A DNA stretch of 64,000 nucleotides from the NCBI GenBank assembly GCA_964199315.1, contig OZ116706.1:1302001-1366000 (forward strand), given 5' to 3'. Position 1 is the first letter of the stretch. Each line of letters opens with the position of its first letter. Below are positions 23,101-35,809 of the stretch, in pieces. A model generated the notes under the pieces. The model worked only from the letters and a program-made list of their open reading frames with translations. It searched no databases and was not told where the DNA came from. The stretch comes from Orbicella franksi (Eukaryota). The position numbers were made by a program, and so were the translations under genes.

Positions 23101-26100
23101 ACGCTAAACAGTTTTCCTCCAATATTTAATGTGACGCTAAGTAATATGCCTCCAACATTTAGTGTGACCTCTAAACAGTTTGTCTCCAGTATTTAGTGTG
23201 ACCGCTAAACAGTTTTCCCCCAGTATTTAATGTGATCATGTCGCTAAACAGTTTGCCTCCAATATTTAGCGTGCCCCCTAACCCTTTGAATACCAATTAC
23301 GCATATATGCGTGATTAATGGTCGTGCTCTTAGTACCACTTGTGACGTCATCAATTTAAATGTCATCAGATATTCTTGATAAGCAGATAGTAGTGCTAGG
23401 CTAGCCCTTTCCGCACAATGGTCAGGTTTAGATATCGACGACATTCCGACGTCGCAAATCGAAAAACAAGGTTATCAGTTTTGGCGCAAAAATGGTGGTA
23501 AAATGGTCCACAACGCCTATGATTGATCAAGGTCCATTTCTAGGCTTCGCCCGTAATTAACATCCAACTTTTCACTGCAGCCAGAAAGAACATACAATGC
23601 AAAAGGTAGCCAGTGTAAAAGGGCAGAGAAAAACAGAAAGGAAAGGGCCAACAAACGAAATTGAGAACGGTTAATTGAGAACGATTAATTTTGGCTTATG
23701 CGCATGCCCGTAATTGAAGTTTTGCTCAATTTTGTACCTAATCCTCGAAAAATCTCTCCTTTTAGTAAAAAAAAAAGCTTTTTTAACAAAACTTAGGCTT
23801 ACTTAGCCTCATGGCAGCTAAAAAACCTGACAAAACGGTTAAAAACGGTATTTTTTGGCGAAAGTTTGGTATTCAAAGGGCTAAATAATATTCCTCCATA
23901 CCGTGGTGCTAAGCGGCCGTGGTAAAATGGAGGCTGAAGTATCCCTGCCAGGACATCTGCAATAAAGAAATAGTAGAGTCATAGTGGTGTGATTTATCTT
24001 GCAGTATTGAGAACCATAACTAAGCATGAACCAGTTATACAACAAAAACTCGATAGTTCGTGCAGGTGGTTTGAGGAACTTAATTTTGCTCAGGAGGTCA
24101 TAGATTTAACTCCAGATAGGAGAGAACTCGGATATATATATTTTTTCTGGTTAGCTTGTGTCACAGGATGATTCACTTGTCGCATCTTAGATAAATATTA
24201 CATATTTTTGGCACCGCATGTCAAGACTTACTTATTTCATTTTTCTCTCGTTGGTAGTATGCATTAACAGATTGCGGCCCATCGAACCATCTATAATAGA
24301 ACCAAGAAAGACAAAACTAATTGCGTTTGCCATAATGTAACCTCCACACTCTCTTTATGAACGTCGTGAATGTATGCCGTGTGAATTAAAAGCAGAGTTA
24401 AGAAACAGCACATCACACCCATTTGACAACTACTGCCTCAGTAGTGCAGTTGAACTTGCAATTTTGTTTTCAATTTTCAGCGCGGCTGATGGCGAGGCGT
24501 GAGTGTTGCATTACATCAAACCGGCAATATCTTCCAGCTGCATGTTAATGACCTTCTTTATTCTCATCGCAGTCTGGAAAAAAATCTCAAATTAAAGTTT
24601 AAAACAAATGTTTGTTTTAGCATTAATTGTAACAAGGATTACAGGACTGGAATTTAAGAGCATGGGTTAGTATCGGCTGTCTGGTGATACTGATATTAGC
24701 ATGCGCATTATGTGAGGAACATTCATCGCTGCAAAACAGCTAATGCACTTACTGTCCACGCGTTGAAGGCTTTCTCAGCTTAGCGAGAGACTGTGCCGAG
24801 TACCACTTGCTGACATTTACTTCGTTCAACAAAAATCTTGTGTCGTCTACTTCAAGCTAAAAAGAAACAAAACGACTCATGTTTGTACGGGAAAGCTGAA
24901 GAAACATTGGCAGCCATTTTGGTCATTGCTGAATTATTGATTTTATCTATAATCGTCCCTTAGTTACATAGTTTAGTTAGCATATCCCTTGAATCCCTCC
25001 CCCCGAAACCTGGGAGTCTCTTCTCTGTGAATTCTCCACAGAAGTGTTTCAGATAGCCTCGATTTCCAACCTCGTTCCCAGGACTTTTCCCTTAAAGATT
25101 TCTCTAAGGGCAAAGCCCTGGGAACATGGTTGCTCGATTTCGTCTAGCATGAAAAAAATATTGCTGACTACTCTGGACTGGACCCTGATTCCCACCTGTG
25201 ATCATCGATGGAGACGCAAAGAATAGGTAGAGTAGAAAAAGTTACCTACCGAGGTCTGTTGTTCCCGTACCAAGAAAGGGAAAAAAGAAACGAAAAGGGA
25301 ATGGGGAAGGATACACCGAAAAGACACTGTTTATGATGGATACTTGAAGTAGCTTGATGATTCAACTGACACTCACCCCTTGATAGTACTCTCTGAGTAG
25401 AGTTCTATTCACACATATTTCTGGGTAACCGATCTTCTCGACCATCGCATCTTCCTGGGAGAGAACAAAAGATTATCGATATACTTCAACATGTTAACGT
25501 AAGTTCTCAGTGCATTGTTAATAACATATTTTCACTATGTTGCCATTTGAATACGAATTTAATTATAGTCAGATGATATCATCATGCCAAATAAATATTC
25601 ATGCTAATAGAACGAATAGACAACTGAGACAGTTGACAAATAATAGACGAAATGGAAGTTGCACTATATTTCGAGGAAACGTTTTCATTCTAATTGATGA
25701 AGAGTAGTACCTTTGAAATTTCGTGATGGTGGACGGGTCAAAGTAACTTCAAAAATAATTGGTAGAGCGATAAAATTTTAAAAGCTCCTTACATAGAAAA
25801 ACTGACCGATTACAAGAAGTAACTTGTCATTGTTATCAAATATTCTCACCTGGTACACAACTTTGACCAATATGGTTTGTTTTCTTTTCCAGAGCATAGC
25901 GCGGCAACCTAAGAAAAGTGATAAGCCTGTAAAATATTACCTTTTGGTATAGTCTTGGTTTTGTTTCGCTGTCTATCCAAGTCAAATCAGCCACTTCCTC
26001 TCGGAAAGCTTTTCTGATATTGTCCATCATTTCGCTCATCTAGGAAAATACGATTTAATTCCGTCAGTGAATTGAACTCGATATCTGACAGGTTTTATTG

Positions 26101-29100
26101 AATTAAACAACTTTTACTGTACACTCCGCTGCAGCGCATCACTTTTCTAACTGTTTGAAAGTTTCAACCAAGAGAGGATAAAGGGTGAGAGAACTCAGAC
26201 AACTCACATAGACCTTACTCAATCTAGAGAAGATAAAGAGTAAGAGAACTCACATAGACCTTACTCAATCAAGAGAGGATAAAGGATAAGAGAACTCACA
26301 TAGACCTTACTCAATCAAGAGAGGATAAAGGATAAGAGAACTCACATAGACCTTACTCAATCAAGAGAGGATGAAGGATAAGAGAACACACATAGACCTT
26401 ACTCAATCAAGAGAGGATAAAGGATAAGAGAACTCACATAGACCTTACTCTCAAGTTAATCCCTCTCAAGTTATTTGTAGATATGTTATCCAGTTCCAAC
26501 GCCCGTTCTGTAGATATTTTCTTGCTGGATGAAAATGATTGCAAAGCCGTTTGGACTGTCCACATGAGTAAAATGCGCGTCATAGGGCTGGATCACACGA
26601 TTGGTAATTTCTAGACACTCCTGGGATTTATGACGTCAGGAATGATGTACAAAATAACTCGATAGGGATTATTTTATGAATAGTGACCACATGCCGAGGA
26701 TTAACATCATGTAATAATTAATATTCTTACTTATTATTATTATTATTGTTATTCTGAATTTTTACCAGATACATGTAAGATTCAAGTTTGTATGAAAAAA
26801 GTACTCAATAAAGTTTGTATTAATTATTATTATTATTATTATTATTACCCTGTTACCCTCCATTCTTTCTTGTTTCAACCAAATAATTGAAAAAGGTTTT
26901 CTTAGTAGGACACAAACTTGCTTTAGACTCATTAAAAACCAGCCCAGTTTTACCGTTTTCCAATTCCGCTCGTTAATTCTGCAGTCTCCCTATGAAATGT
27001 TTTGAATATATATGGCTCTTTAAGAAGTCAATTATCCCGTTGTCCAGACTGAAAAATTCCGATTTGTATTAGAACGTCCAAGAATAAAATATGCTGTCAC
27101 CGTTAGAAGAAGACAAGTTTTAAGCACACCCCGTGTAAATTATTAGTTCCGTTCAACGTTGGATAGCGTTGCAGATCAGCACCCAAGACGAACAGTTAAC
27201 CATCCCAATCGGAAATGGTGGAACAAAACCTCGATTCCGGCGCTATTCTCTATTAGAATCAGAAGTCTTAGGATCAGGTTTGGTTGGGACACCTTCAGAT
27301 GCTTCAATCAAATCACTGAACCAAACCGAGTTAAATAGTTGTCTAAGCAGAATCTGGCATTAAGATTTAAACTGATGTAATGCTAGAAAAGATCGTATTT
27401 GCGACAAACCAGTGGAATCATCCTCTTGTCAAATGCCTTTTCTATATATAAGCTTCCAGTAGCAAACGTGAGCCCGCGGTAGTAGTTGGTCGTTGTAATG
27501 CACGTCAGCCATCTTGCTGGTTCAGCTTTGATATGAGAAGTTTGCCTTTTGTATTTGGCTTCAGCCTCTCGGAAAGGCTTGGAGAGGAATGGGATTAGTC
27601 TCCTTAACACTGTCCAGATGAAGTAATCGGACAGGGTTCTGTTGGAAATAAGCATTGCAGAATTGAGTTAAAACTACGCTGTTCAGATACGACCAAAACG
27701 ATGAAATAAGCAGTGGGTTGTTATAACCGGCCCTTATTACATTCCAGTAGGGGTAGAACACCAGAAAATGATCCCTGAGCCATTTTAAAAGGCACATAAG
27801 CTTCTTGGCTTCTTGCAAATACAATAAATTGCCTCAATTAAATTTTGACGCCAATTGAAATTTAGCCTGGTCCAGGCTCCTGGTCGGTGGAGACGATCGA
27901 AAAAGCGGGTGGCACACGAACGAACGGGTCTGGGTCCGGTCATCACCCGCACGCTTTTTCGATCATCGATCCCACAGTAACCCCTCTGACCGCCTGGAAC
28001 GAGCGAAATAAATTTTGTCCGTTGAAGTGGTTCCAAAAAGCGACCACTCCTCTTACAAGTGGATACACTTTTTACCATCGTAATTCAAACCAACAGCTGA
28101 TCTAGGTGACAATGCAGATGCTTACACCTAAATGCCTAATAGGACAAGTTGTTCATCACAGACTGCTTCTCTAGTAATACTTACACGTTATCTGCAGCAA
28201 GCACAACATCGGACATATTTCGGAGATACTCGGGCGCAGGGACGATGATATTCTCGGAAGAGTTTAGTGTAATGTTATACTGAGGGAACAAGCTGTTGAA
28301 ATGCGACAGCCATTGAAACTGTGAAGTAAAAGAACGTTTTTAAGAAATGGCAATACTACGATTAGCTGGTGTCAGGCAAAAATATCGAGCACAGTTAACT
28401 TTTTGTAAATATGAGGAAAATCCCGAAAGTTTTAGCAAACAACAAAAACTGAAGACAGATTGAAATTTGTGAGAATCTTCAGACGAGGAGAGCATCAAAT
28501 GTAGAGTACCAGTATTACTGAGCCTTAACCGGATGCATTCTCCTTACGAAATAATTTACATCGTACGACACGTTACTGGCCACTAATAGCTGATTTTGTC
28601 TTGGTTTTGCGGTACTAATAAATAAATCAATTAATTACTGCAGGAAAGAAAACTAGAAATAAACTTCCTTCCGCGTAGTAGTTGTAAGAATGATAAGAAA
28701 CCGAGTTACAGTTGATCCTCTAATACGAGTTGGAAAGTAGACTGAGTGCTAGAAATGAGCCACAAAATGTTTCTTTTACCCCAGGAGCGAGTTTCTGGAG
28801 TTCTTCTATTGTAACTGTGTTGTGCGTATTCTCGTAAAGGAACGCCTGAGAAGGCATACTCTGCAAAGAAAACAAGAAATAGAAAAAAGATAAGTTATGT
28901 TGAAAGCTAAAAATAGTATCAAAGCAACACGTGGCCAAGCATCTGATCACGTGTCTACAGTCACTTTACCCGAGCAAGTTGTTCTTCAAACTTGAGAATT
29001 CCCCACATGTGCTGTAGAATGGTAGATTTCTGTCCTCCAAGAAGCATACCTACTGTTGTCATATATTCAAGATATGCATTCTTCTTCTAACAAAGAAAAA

Positions 29101-30823
29101 ATAATTCAAATAACAACATATATAAAATGAAAAGAAGCAAAGGAAAAGCTGAATAGTTGTAAACTGAACTTATCTGAGCAAGGTAATAAAATACTCATTT
29201 TCTTACCTCAATAACTCTGTCGTTGTTTGCCAGATACTCTTCACGGATCAAGCTTAATTCAGGGAGAAGAAGCTGAAAGAATAAAAACAACGGCAATTTA
29301 ATCCAAACAGATGATAGCAAAATGAAATATTTCTTCAGACTTATTCCATAAAACCAGGCAAAATGAGCCGCTCTCAGTCAATTGTGTGTAACCGTGCAGC
29401 AGCTAGCGGTCTCCTACTTTCAAAGCCTGGGCTAATGACGCTGCAGAGGTTTCCTTCAGGCGGATTTCTTGATTAGCTTAAAACTTTCCGTTACTGCATG
29501 TTTCACGGCATTACCGAACTGACCATACGAAGAAAATTTAAATAGTGCCCTCGCCGATCTAGAGGATGAAACAATTAACAAGGAATTAATCAAAATAACT
29601 CGGTCACTTTTCTTACCACTGTCGACTACATAAACAAAGAAAAAACACGTATGAAAATCAAAACGACACATGGCTATTGCAGTTATCCAGCAACAGTTTG
29701 GAAATTGACAAAAGGCATATTTATGCACAGTATTGGTGATGTCAATACAAAGCTTCCTATCACAAAGACATATGTTTGTCAGTTTCCTTTCCTTTAATTG
29801 TTCTTATGTCAAATTACCACATTTAGACCAAAGCAAAAGTAAACATTTATACTTGCAGCATGAATTTAGGTAAGTTTAATTATAATTTCTATAAGATTTA
29901 TCGTAAGGTTAATTTTGAAACTATGGGATCTTTGATACGATTTGAGAATAGATTCGTTGTCGTTTAGATTAGATTTCGTTGTATATAACTGAAAAACTAC
30001 AGTCACCCCAATACGCCTGGCACATAGCTTGGTGTTATTGTAAGCTTACCTTTACAATATGTTTTGTGGAATGTCTAGGGTTTGTTAGCACATCAATGGT
30101 AAACAAAGGAGAGGAATGCAAAAATGTTTTTTGAATCTTTACTAGGGCACTCTTCCAGTTCCAGGCTGTCCCACTCCACGTTTTATTGTCCAAAGCCCAG
30201 GATCCAAGGCTCTCGATAAGCTCCAAAATTTGCTGTTTGGTTGTCCTTTCAACTTCTTTCTCATTCATACACGAGCGATAATACCTCTTCGCTTTCATAA
30301 CCGGATCATCACGTTTTCCGGTGACATCTTCCAGCATATTTCGGAGCTTCTCATTGTTGGCTTGAATCTTCTTGATGAATGTAATATACTCGTTTTGGGA
30401 GGAAGGAATCGGGTTGTCCCGTATCCAGCCGTCGCAGGCAAAGTGGAAAAAGTCCTCGCATGGGTCCATGGACTCGTTCATGTTCCGTTTAAAGCGTGCT
30501 GCAAGCTCAAGACATTCTGCTGTGTTGCACACGCTTGGCTTGAAGTTTCCAGTGGTAGGATTTGGAGGAGGTGTTGAGGATGTCCCGCTATTGTTAGTCT
30601 CCGATGGTTTAGGGACTTCTTCGTTCTGTATTGAAAGCTCCACTGCAAATAACGTAGCTAGAATGACGCAGATCAACAAAAGTATTCCACACAGGCACAA
30701 AAGACATACTTCTACTCGTGTTCGACTTTTGCGGAACGAAGTGGAGTTGATTCCAAGACTCTGGGTACTGGGCGCAGAGCACAGCTCTATTCCACCGCTA
30801 CTCTTGTTCTTATGTGCTCCCAT
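20198..30823 (-). CDS. M13 family zinc metalloendopeptidase (neprilysin / endothelin-converting-enzyme-like), type II membrane protein; apparent 1-nt frameshift in exon 13
   Basis: 17 exons on the - strand: 30823-30050, 29272-29207, 29086-28970, 28860-28780, 28318-28185, 27638-27410, 26039-25941, 25454-25377, 24856-24753, 24290-24232, 23956-23902, 22973-22906, 22556-22418, 21482-21417, 21305-21210, 20564-20488, 20297-20198. Motifs: TM segment [72 protein letters not shown], and C-terminus [16 protein letters not shown]. Exons sum to 2342 nt, one short of 781 codons. Confidence 0.9.
23047..23273. repeat. Degenerate ~34-bp minisatellite, about 6 copies (M13 gene intron)
   Basis: Repeating CGCTAAA(CAGTTT/TAATAT)(T/G)(C)CTCCA(G/A)TATTTA(A/G)TGTG. 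Confidence 0.8.
26169..26450. repeat. 46-bp minisatellite, 6 copies (M13 gene intron)
   Basis: Unit CAAGAGAGGATAAAGGATAAGAGAACTCACATAGACCTTACTCAAT, head-to-tail with no spacers. Confidence 0.92.
26738..26846. repeat. Two (ATT)n tracts flanking an AATAAA; possibly a retroelement 3' tail
   Basis: TTATTATTATTATTATT at ~26738 and ATTATTATTATTATTATTATTA at ~26823, with CTCAATAAAG between them. Confidence 0.45.
27863..28005. mobile_element. Short palindromic MITE-like element
   Basis: Ends TAGCCTGGTCCAGGC ... GCCTGGAAC; internal inverted pair GATCGAAAAAGCGGGTG / CACCCGCACGCTTTTTCGATC. Confidence 0.55.
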
Positions 30824-31751
30824 CGATGGCTGCTGCTGTGAAGATTGCTGCTATCAGCTAAACAAACAATTTTGTTATTAGATTCCAAACACTAACAACC
30901 TGACCAACAATAAAAAGTTCCACAAGTGCTTAAGTCTCTTAATTAGCCTTTCTTACTATTTCTTTATGCCGTTATTGTATTAAATCAGCGATTTCATAAG
31001 TCAGAGTTCAATAGTCACGTCAGTTATGTTAGATCAGACAATAGATCTCCAGGTGAGAGTTCAAACCATCACCACAGCCCTGGCTTTGCTTGACGATGGG
31101 GTTAATAATGCGAAGGAATTACTTATTCATTTCACCGTCGCCTACAACTAAACAGGTGTAATAAAGTTTGCCATTAATGCACGAACAACAAAATAGAAGC
31201 TGGTCGCAGTGTCCTTATTGCTTGAGGTATTGCTTGAGGTATTGCTTGAGGTATTCAACTATGCTAGCCTCAACGGTCTCAAATAAGGTATCGACTTTTT
31301 GGTCACGTCATAAATAGAGTAGGGAAAATCGAAGATTTTGGTCATAAATAGGGTAAGGAGGCTGCACGCCCCCACAATGTGGAAAAGGGGCATCACCTTA
31401 AATTCCTTATGATTATCAGTATGACCATGATACTGATATTTACATGTAATGCCGGGAAAAATAAAAAACACTTCGACTACCTAACCTAAACATTCGATAA
31501 ATATGGTCATATAGAGCTACCGGGAGGCAACACTTCACCGGGCTAAGCCAAACAAGCCAAACAAAATGGTTCAAAATAGAACGGCACAAAGCGTAACCTA
31601 CAGCCGTGGTAACATGATTCATCCTCTTGGGAGATGCGCGACGTCGGGGCACTTTTTGATGGCCGGGTTGATTAAACGCCGCAACAAATTAAAGACCTAT
31701 ATAGCGGTCGGATTTGCGCGTAAAATCGACACTCGTTGGATGCTTTTCATT

Positions 31752-32094
31752 GTGCCGTTCCGACCGGTCAGAGACCAGTGGAACTACCCGAGGAAAAATG
31801 CAACGACATTTTCCGATCAAACCGGACCGACCAAGAGGAATGGCTCTTACCATTTTGTATTCCTTTCTCAAATTCCGTACATAAGTGAAATCTACCGAAG
31901 AGAAGTAGGTGAATGAACCGGTTTGTCAAAATGGAACGGCAAATTTCGCTCCGACCGGTCCGACCGGTCAAAGTTGACAAATTCCAGAGGTGGAAGGTGA
32001 TCATGAAGATTCCGGTCGGACCGAACCGAAACGGAACGTTATCATTGGACTTCCGACAGAAATGTCCGGAATTCTTGGCATAATGGAACGGCAC
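31752..32094. mobile_element. MITE-like element upstream of the M13 gene
   Basis: 10-bp inverted termini GTGCCGTTCC / GGAACGGCAC and multiple internal CCGACCGG(T) motifs. More GC-rich than the flanks; no credible coding. Confidence 0.55.
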
Positions 32095-35000
32095 CTCGTT
32101 CATTATAGTGCTACACAGAATGAAAGAAAAAAGCACTGTGACTATGATAAACTGAAGCTTATTAATGCAGTCCGTAGGCGACCTACGCTTTCATTGTGGT
32201 CAAATTCGTTCGTCCTCCAACCGCCATCATGATTAGTTTTCGATGCTGCTTTGGTATCACTGCCGTGCGTTTTAAACAGCTTGTTTACAATTGCAGTCGC
32301 ATGTAAATTGTTTTACTTGGGTTTGTCTCTTTCAAGGACTGTTACTTCGACTGTAGACTGAAACAGACGTTTTTTCAGTACAAATGAAACGGTCTGACTG
32401 GCAGACACTCAGCTACACTACGTTATACAGTAAACCGAAACAAGAAAGGACAGATAAAAAGCAGAAAAAGTGATAATTAAAACACATTAGTATTTATGAA
32501 CGGACTCACTTTAACATAATAATGGTAATATATTCTGTACATATTCGAATATCTTTTGTACAGTTGAATTTATTTCAGAAGTCCAAGTTTGCTAAATGAA
32601 AGATCGTCTGGCTTGTTTGTCCTCTTTAGCATTAAACTTACTGCATTGATTCCTGAGTATTTTAAAAATAAAGATCAGTCAAATTTAAATTCAAGCGATA
32701 AAAAAATGGTAAATTAAAGTTGCCTCGTACTTTATAGACTAGTAATAGTTTGGCGTACCTGGCCTGTTGAAATATTGATGACACTTTAAGTAAATACCCC
32801 TTTAAGAATGCAGTAAAACATACAGAACATGGAACTATATTCAGTGGGATTCACTGAATACTTCAGTGGTCCTTCACTCGTCTGCTAACACCAGACTAGT
32901 AGCGAAACGTTAAAATGTTAACATTAAAAGATGACAGAAGAATACCTCAACAAACGACAATCTCTTAGAATTAAGTGGATAAATCAACAATTAAATTTAA
33001 TTTATGGTTTAAAACGTTTTTCGAGGACATCTCTGGCATAACTGTCACAAATCTGAGCGAACCAAATCAGCATGCAAGGTTTTTCGTTTCTGTGAACTTG
33101 AGCAAGCAGATAATAAACTCAGGACTCCGTACTCTTACCCCGCACACATTCCTACCTGTTTTCTTTTTTAATCCACCGGCGTCCAAATCAGATACACTTC
33201 CACGCCTACCTTTCCAAGTTTGGTTTTGATCGCTGGCAAATTAGTTTGACCACAGTCAAACGAACAGGTATAAGAACATTTATCTACAACAATAAATGTT
33301 GTTATGCTTTGTTTCTGTTTTGTAAAGGATATTTGATGCTAGCGCTGTGAGGAAATTACTCATTGGTTTTCATTAGGCGGTATAAACATCGCGATTATAA
33401 ATTTCAAGCTTGCATTTACAAGAACCGGATGAGAATTCCACGGAAAAACGGTGATGGTCGCATGCAGTGCAGATGAATATTGGCTTTGGGCAAAACTGAT
33501 GCGCCCAATTAAACAGGTCACCTTGACCCTCTGAAGTGCCTAGAAAATGTCAACAGCCAAAAAAAAAACATTTCTTTAACTTTTCCCCAAAGCAAACGCC
33601 AAGGTAAAAGTTCACAAAGCACACGTGTATGTAAACAGCTTGACAGGGTGAAAACTTGGAGAAATGGAAAAATAATAATAATAAAATAGCCTAAAAGCAA
33701 TTTGGAAGTAATGCAAATATAAGCCTGAGCTAGTTTTTAGCGACTCCTACGGACTGCAGTCTTCGTTATCGATTTCCGTGCAAATAAGAAAAACTTTGTT
33801 CATTCCGTGATGAGAGTGTCGAGAACCTTCATTCACTGTTTGATTTCTCGGCCTTTTGTGAATATCCTGAAAGAATCAACGGAAATCTCTTTTTCGTGCT
33901 TCTACAAAGGCGAAATCCAGCTGCAAGATAATAAAGTAATTTTTCACCAATAAATGCCAAGAACATTTTGCCGGAATTATTGTTATCAGAAAATGAGAAA
34001 TGACAAAAGAAAGAAGACACATGCACGGAAATTTGAAGATGTACGAGAAAGCCACAAAATCCGAAGTGAAATCGGTCATGATTGCACGAGTGTTTCCAGT
34101 CAGACTGTTTTGACGACTTTAAGGGACAGTGTCATGAGCTGCCCATGCACGTCTTTCCTAGCTCTCGCGCTCTCAGAGAAAAGCGGCGGCCATTATGGAT
34201 TTGCCGGTAACTGAAAATAATTTTGCATTTATTTTGCATTCATGAATTTTATGTAAAGCAAGTCGCTCATAATTTATCAATTCCGGCGGAACTTTTCAAG
34301 TTTAGATCGGACGCTCACGCATGCACAGCTCATGGCCCTGTCCCTTTAACTTTGAAGAATGAATCCTAGGAGCTTGGGGCGACCTCAAAACATTTCTTTT
34401 AATTTTTCTTCGTCCCAAGAATCTTCGCCGCTGCAGCCCTTTTATTTATTTCTGCGCTCTCCGGAAACACCTGTAATAAAGAGTGTTGCGGACAGCCTCA
34501 GCCAAACATCAAACATCCGTTTCAGGCTTTGAGTCTAATCTATGTGCTTTTTGGGACATCTTTGACATAAAACTGAGAAACATTTACATGTGCAAAAAAA
34601 ATCCATTTTTTCACGCGTCAAGGAAAATCGCGGTACCATCTACTTTTTCATACCATTCCCATGCTCCTTGATGAAATATGTAGTCGTTTCGCTGGGAAAT
34701 GGAATGGAACAATCTGACCAGAGGGTTTACAAATGCTGTCAAATTGCACACACGCATCCTGTCTCTGTTTGTTGAAAATTTCTACTGTACCATTTGGTGC
34801 AAAATTCTCGCCAGTTTTTCCACCAAATGGAAAGCGCTCTAGAGGATTCAGCTAAAATGCAGCAACAAGAAATTTTATAAAGAATTTCGACAAAGAACAT
34901 CTTTATCCATGTATCACATGGTGTAAACTTATTTTATTCTCAAGCTTAAAATAACGTGTTATCAAACGGTGGGTAACAATATTGATAAGTAAATTCTCAT

Positions 35001-35809
35001 CACCAACACAGGGTTAGGGTTAGGTATAACTTAACTTAAACTTACATCAAACCACTAGTAAGGTGAGTGGCAAGTTGAAGTGTGTTGTGTTTATCACCGT
35101 AGTTGTAATTAGATACCCCTTATGGGGATTCCTTATGTACCCCAATTGTACATACATATTTACTTCCTTATTTTGCTTTCTTGGCGCACCTGTAAACTAC
35201 CGGTAGCTGGTGTGTCCTGTAGACTCTGCTCATCAAGTCTATGGGGCGCACCATTACCATAGCTAAGTGTTTTGTCCAAGTAAAATAAACTATGTCTATG
35301 CCTAGTTTCTGTCTTAGCTTGAGTGTGTGCAATTTATTCTTTGAAGCCAGTCGTACTTCTAAATATTTTGCCTTTTCACATCAAATCTTACATGCCTTTG
35401 TATGGGAGCAGGCCTGAGGTGATTTTCACAGGGGCGGATGGGTCACGATTTTCAGAGGGAAATCCAAACGTAAATAGGAATTTAGTTTCTACTAGGCATT
35501 GTCTCAGGTATCATCTTTGTTATTGCTATTCATAAATAATTTGTGATGATCTATGTTGAATTTCTCACAAAGTTTTTGTCTGGCAACCTTCATGGGAGTG
35601 GTGGCCTTCATGTGTTGCTCTTCCCCACGCATCCTGATCTAAGAGCGGCCGAGGAGATTGACCTAATGAAAGACTTACAAGCTAATGAATACCCAGCCAG
35701 GCCCTGAGAAGCGCTGTTAAGTAGAGGCTGCACAAAGATCCCTTCCTCCAATTTTCTGAAAATAAATCTTGATTGTTGATCTTTTAGATCAACATATGGA
35801 GGAAGCAGT

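Noticed and set aside
24500-24573. Candidate early terminal exon of the M13 gene (TTTCCAG|ACTGCGATGA), which would have implied a missing catalytic domain
   Set aside because: The true next exon (24290-24232, [12 protein letters not shown]) and all downstream catalytic exons were found.
26169-26450. Regular 46-bp repeats as a possible CRISPR array
   Set aside because: No unique spacers, no cas genes, and located in a eukaryotic intron; it is a minisatellite.
30230-30881. + strand ORFs of 115 and 169 aa
   Set aside because: Antisense to M13 exon 1.
31566-32232. Cluster of overlapping ORFs on both strands
   Set aside because: Fall on a MITE-like element; no transposase or other motifs.
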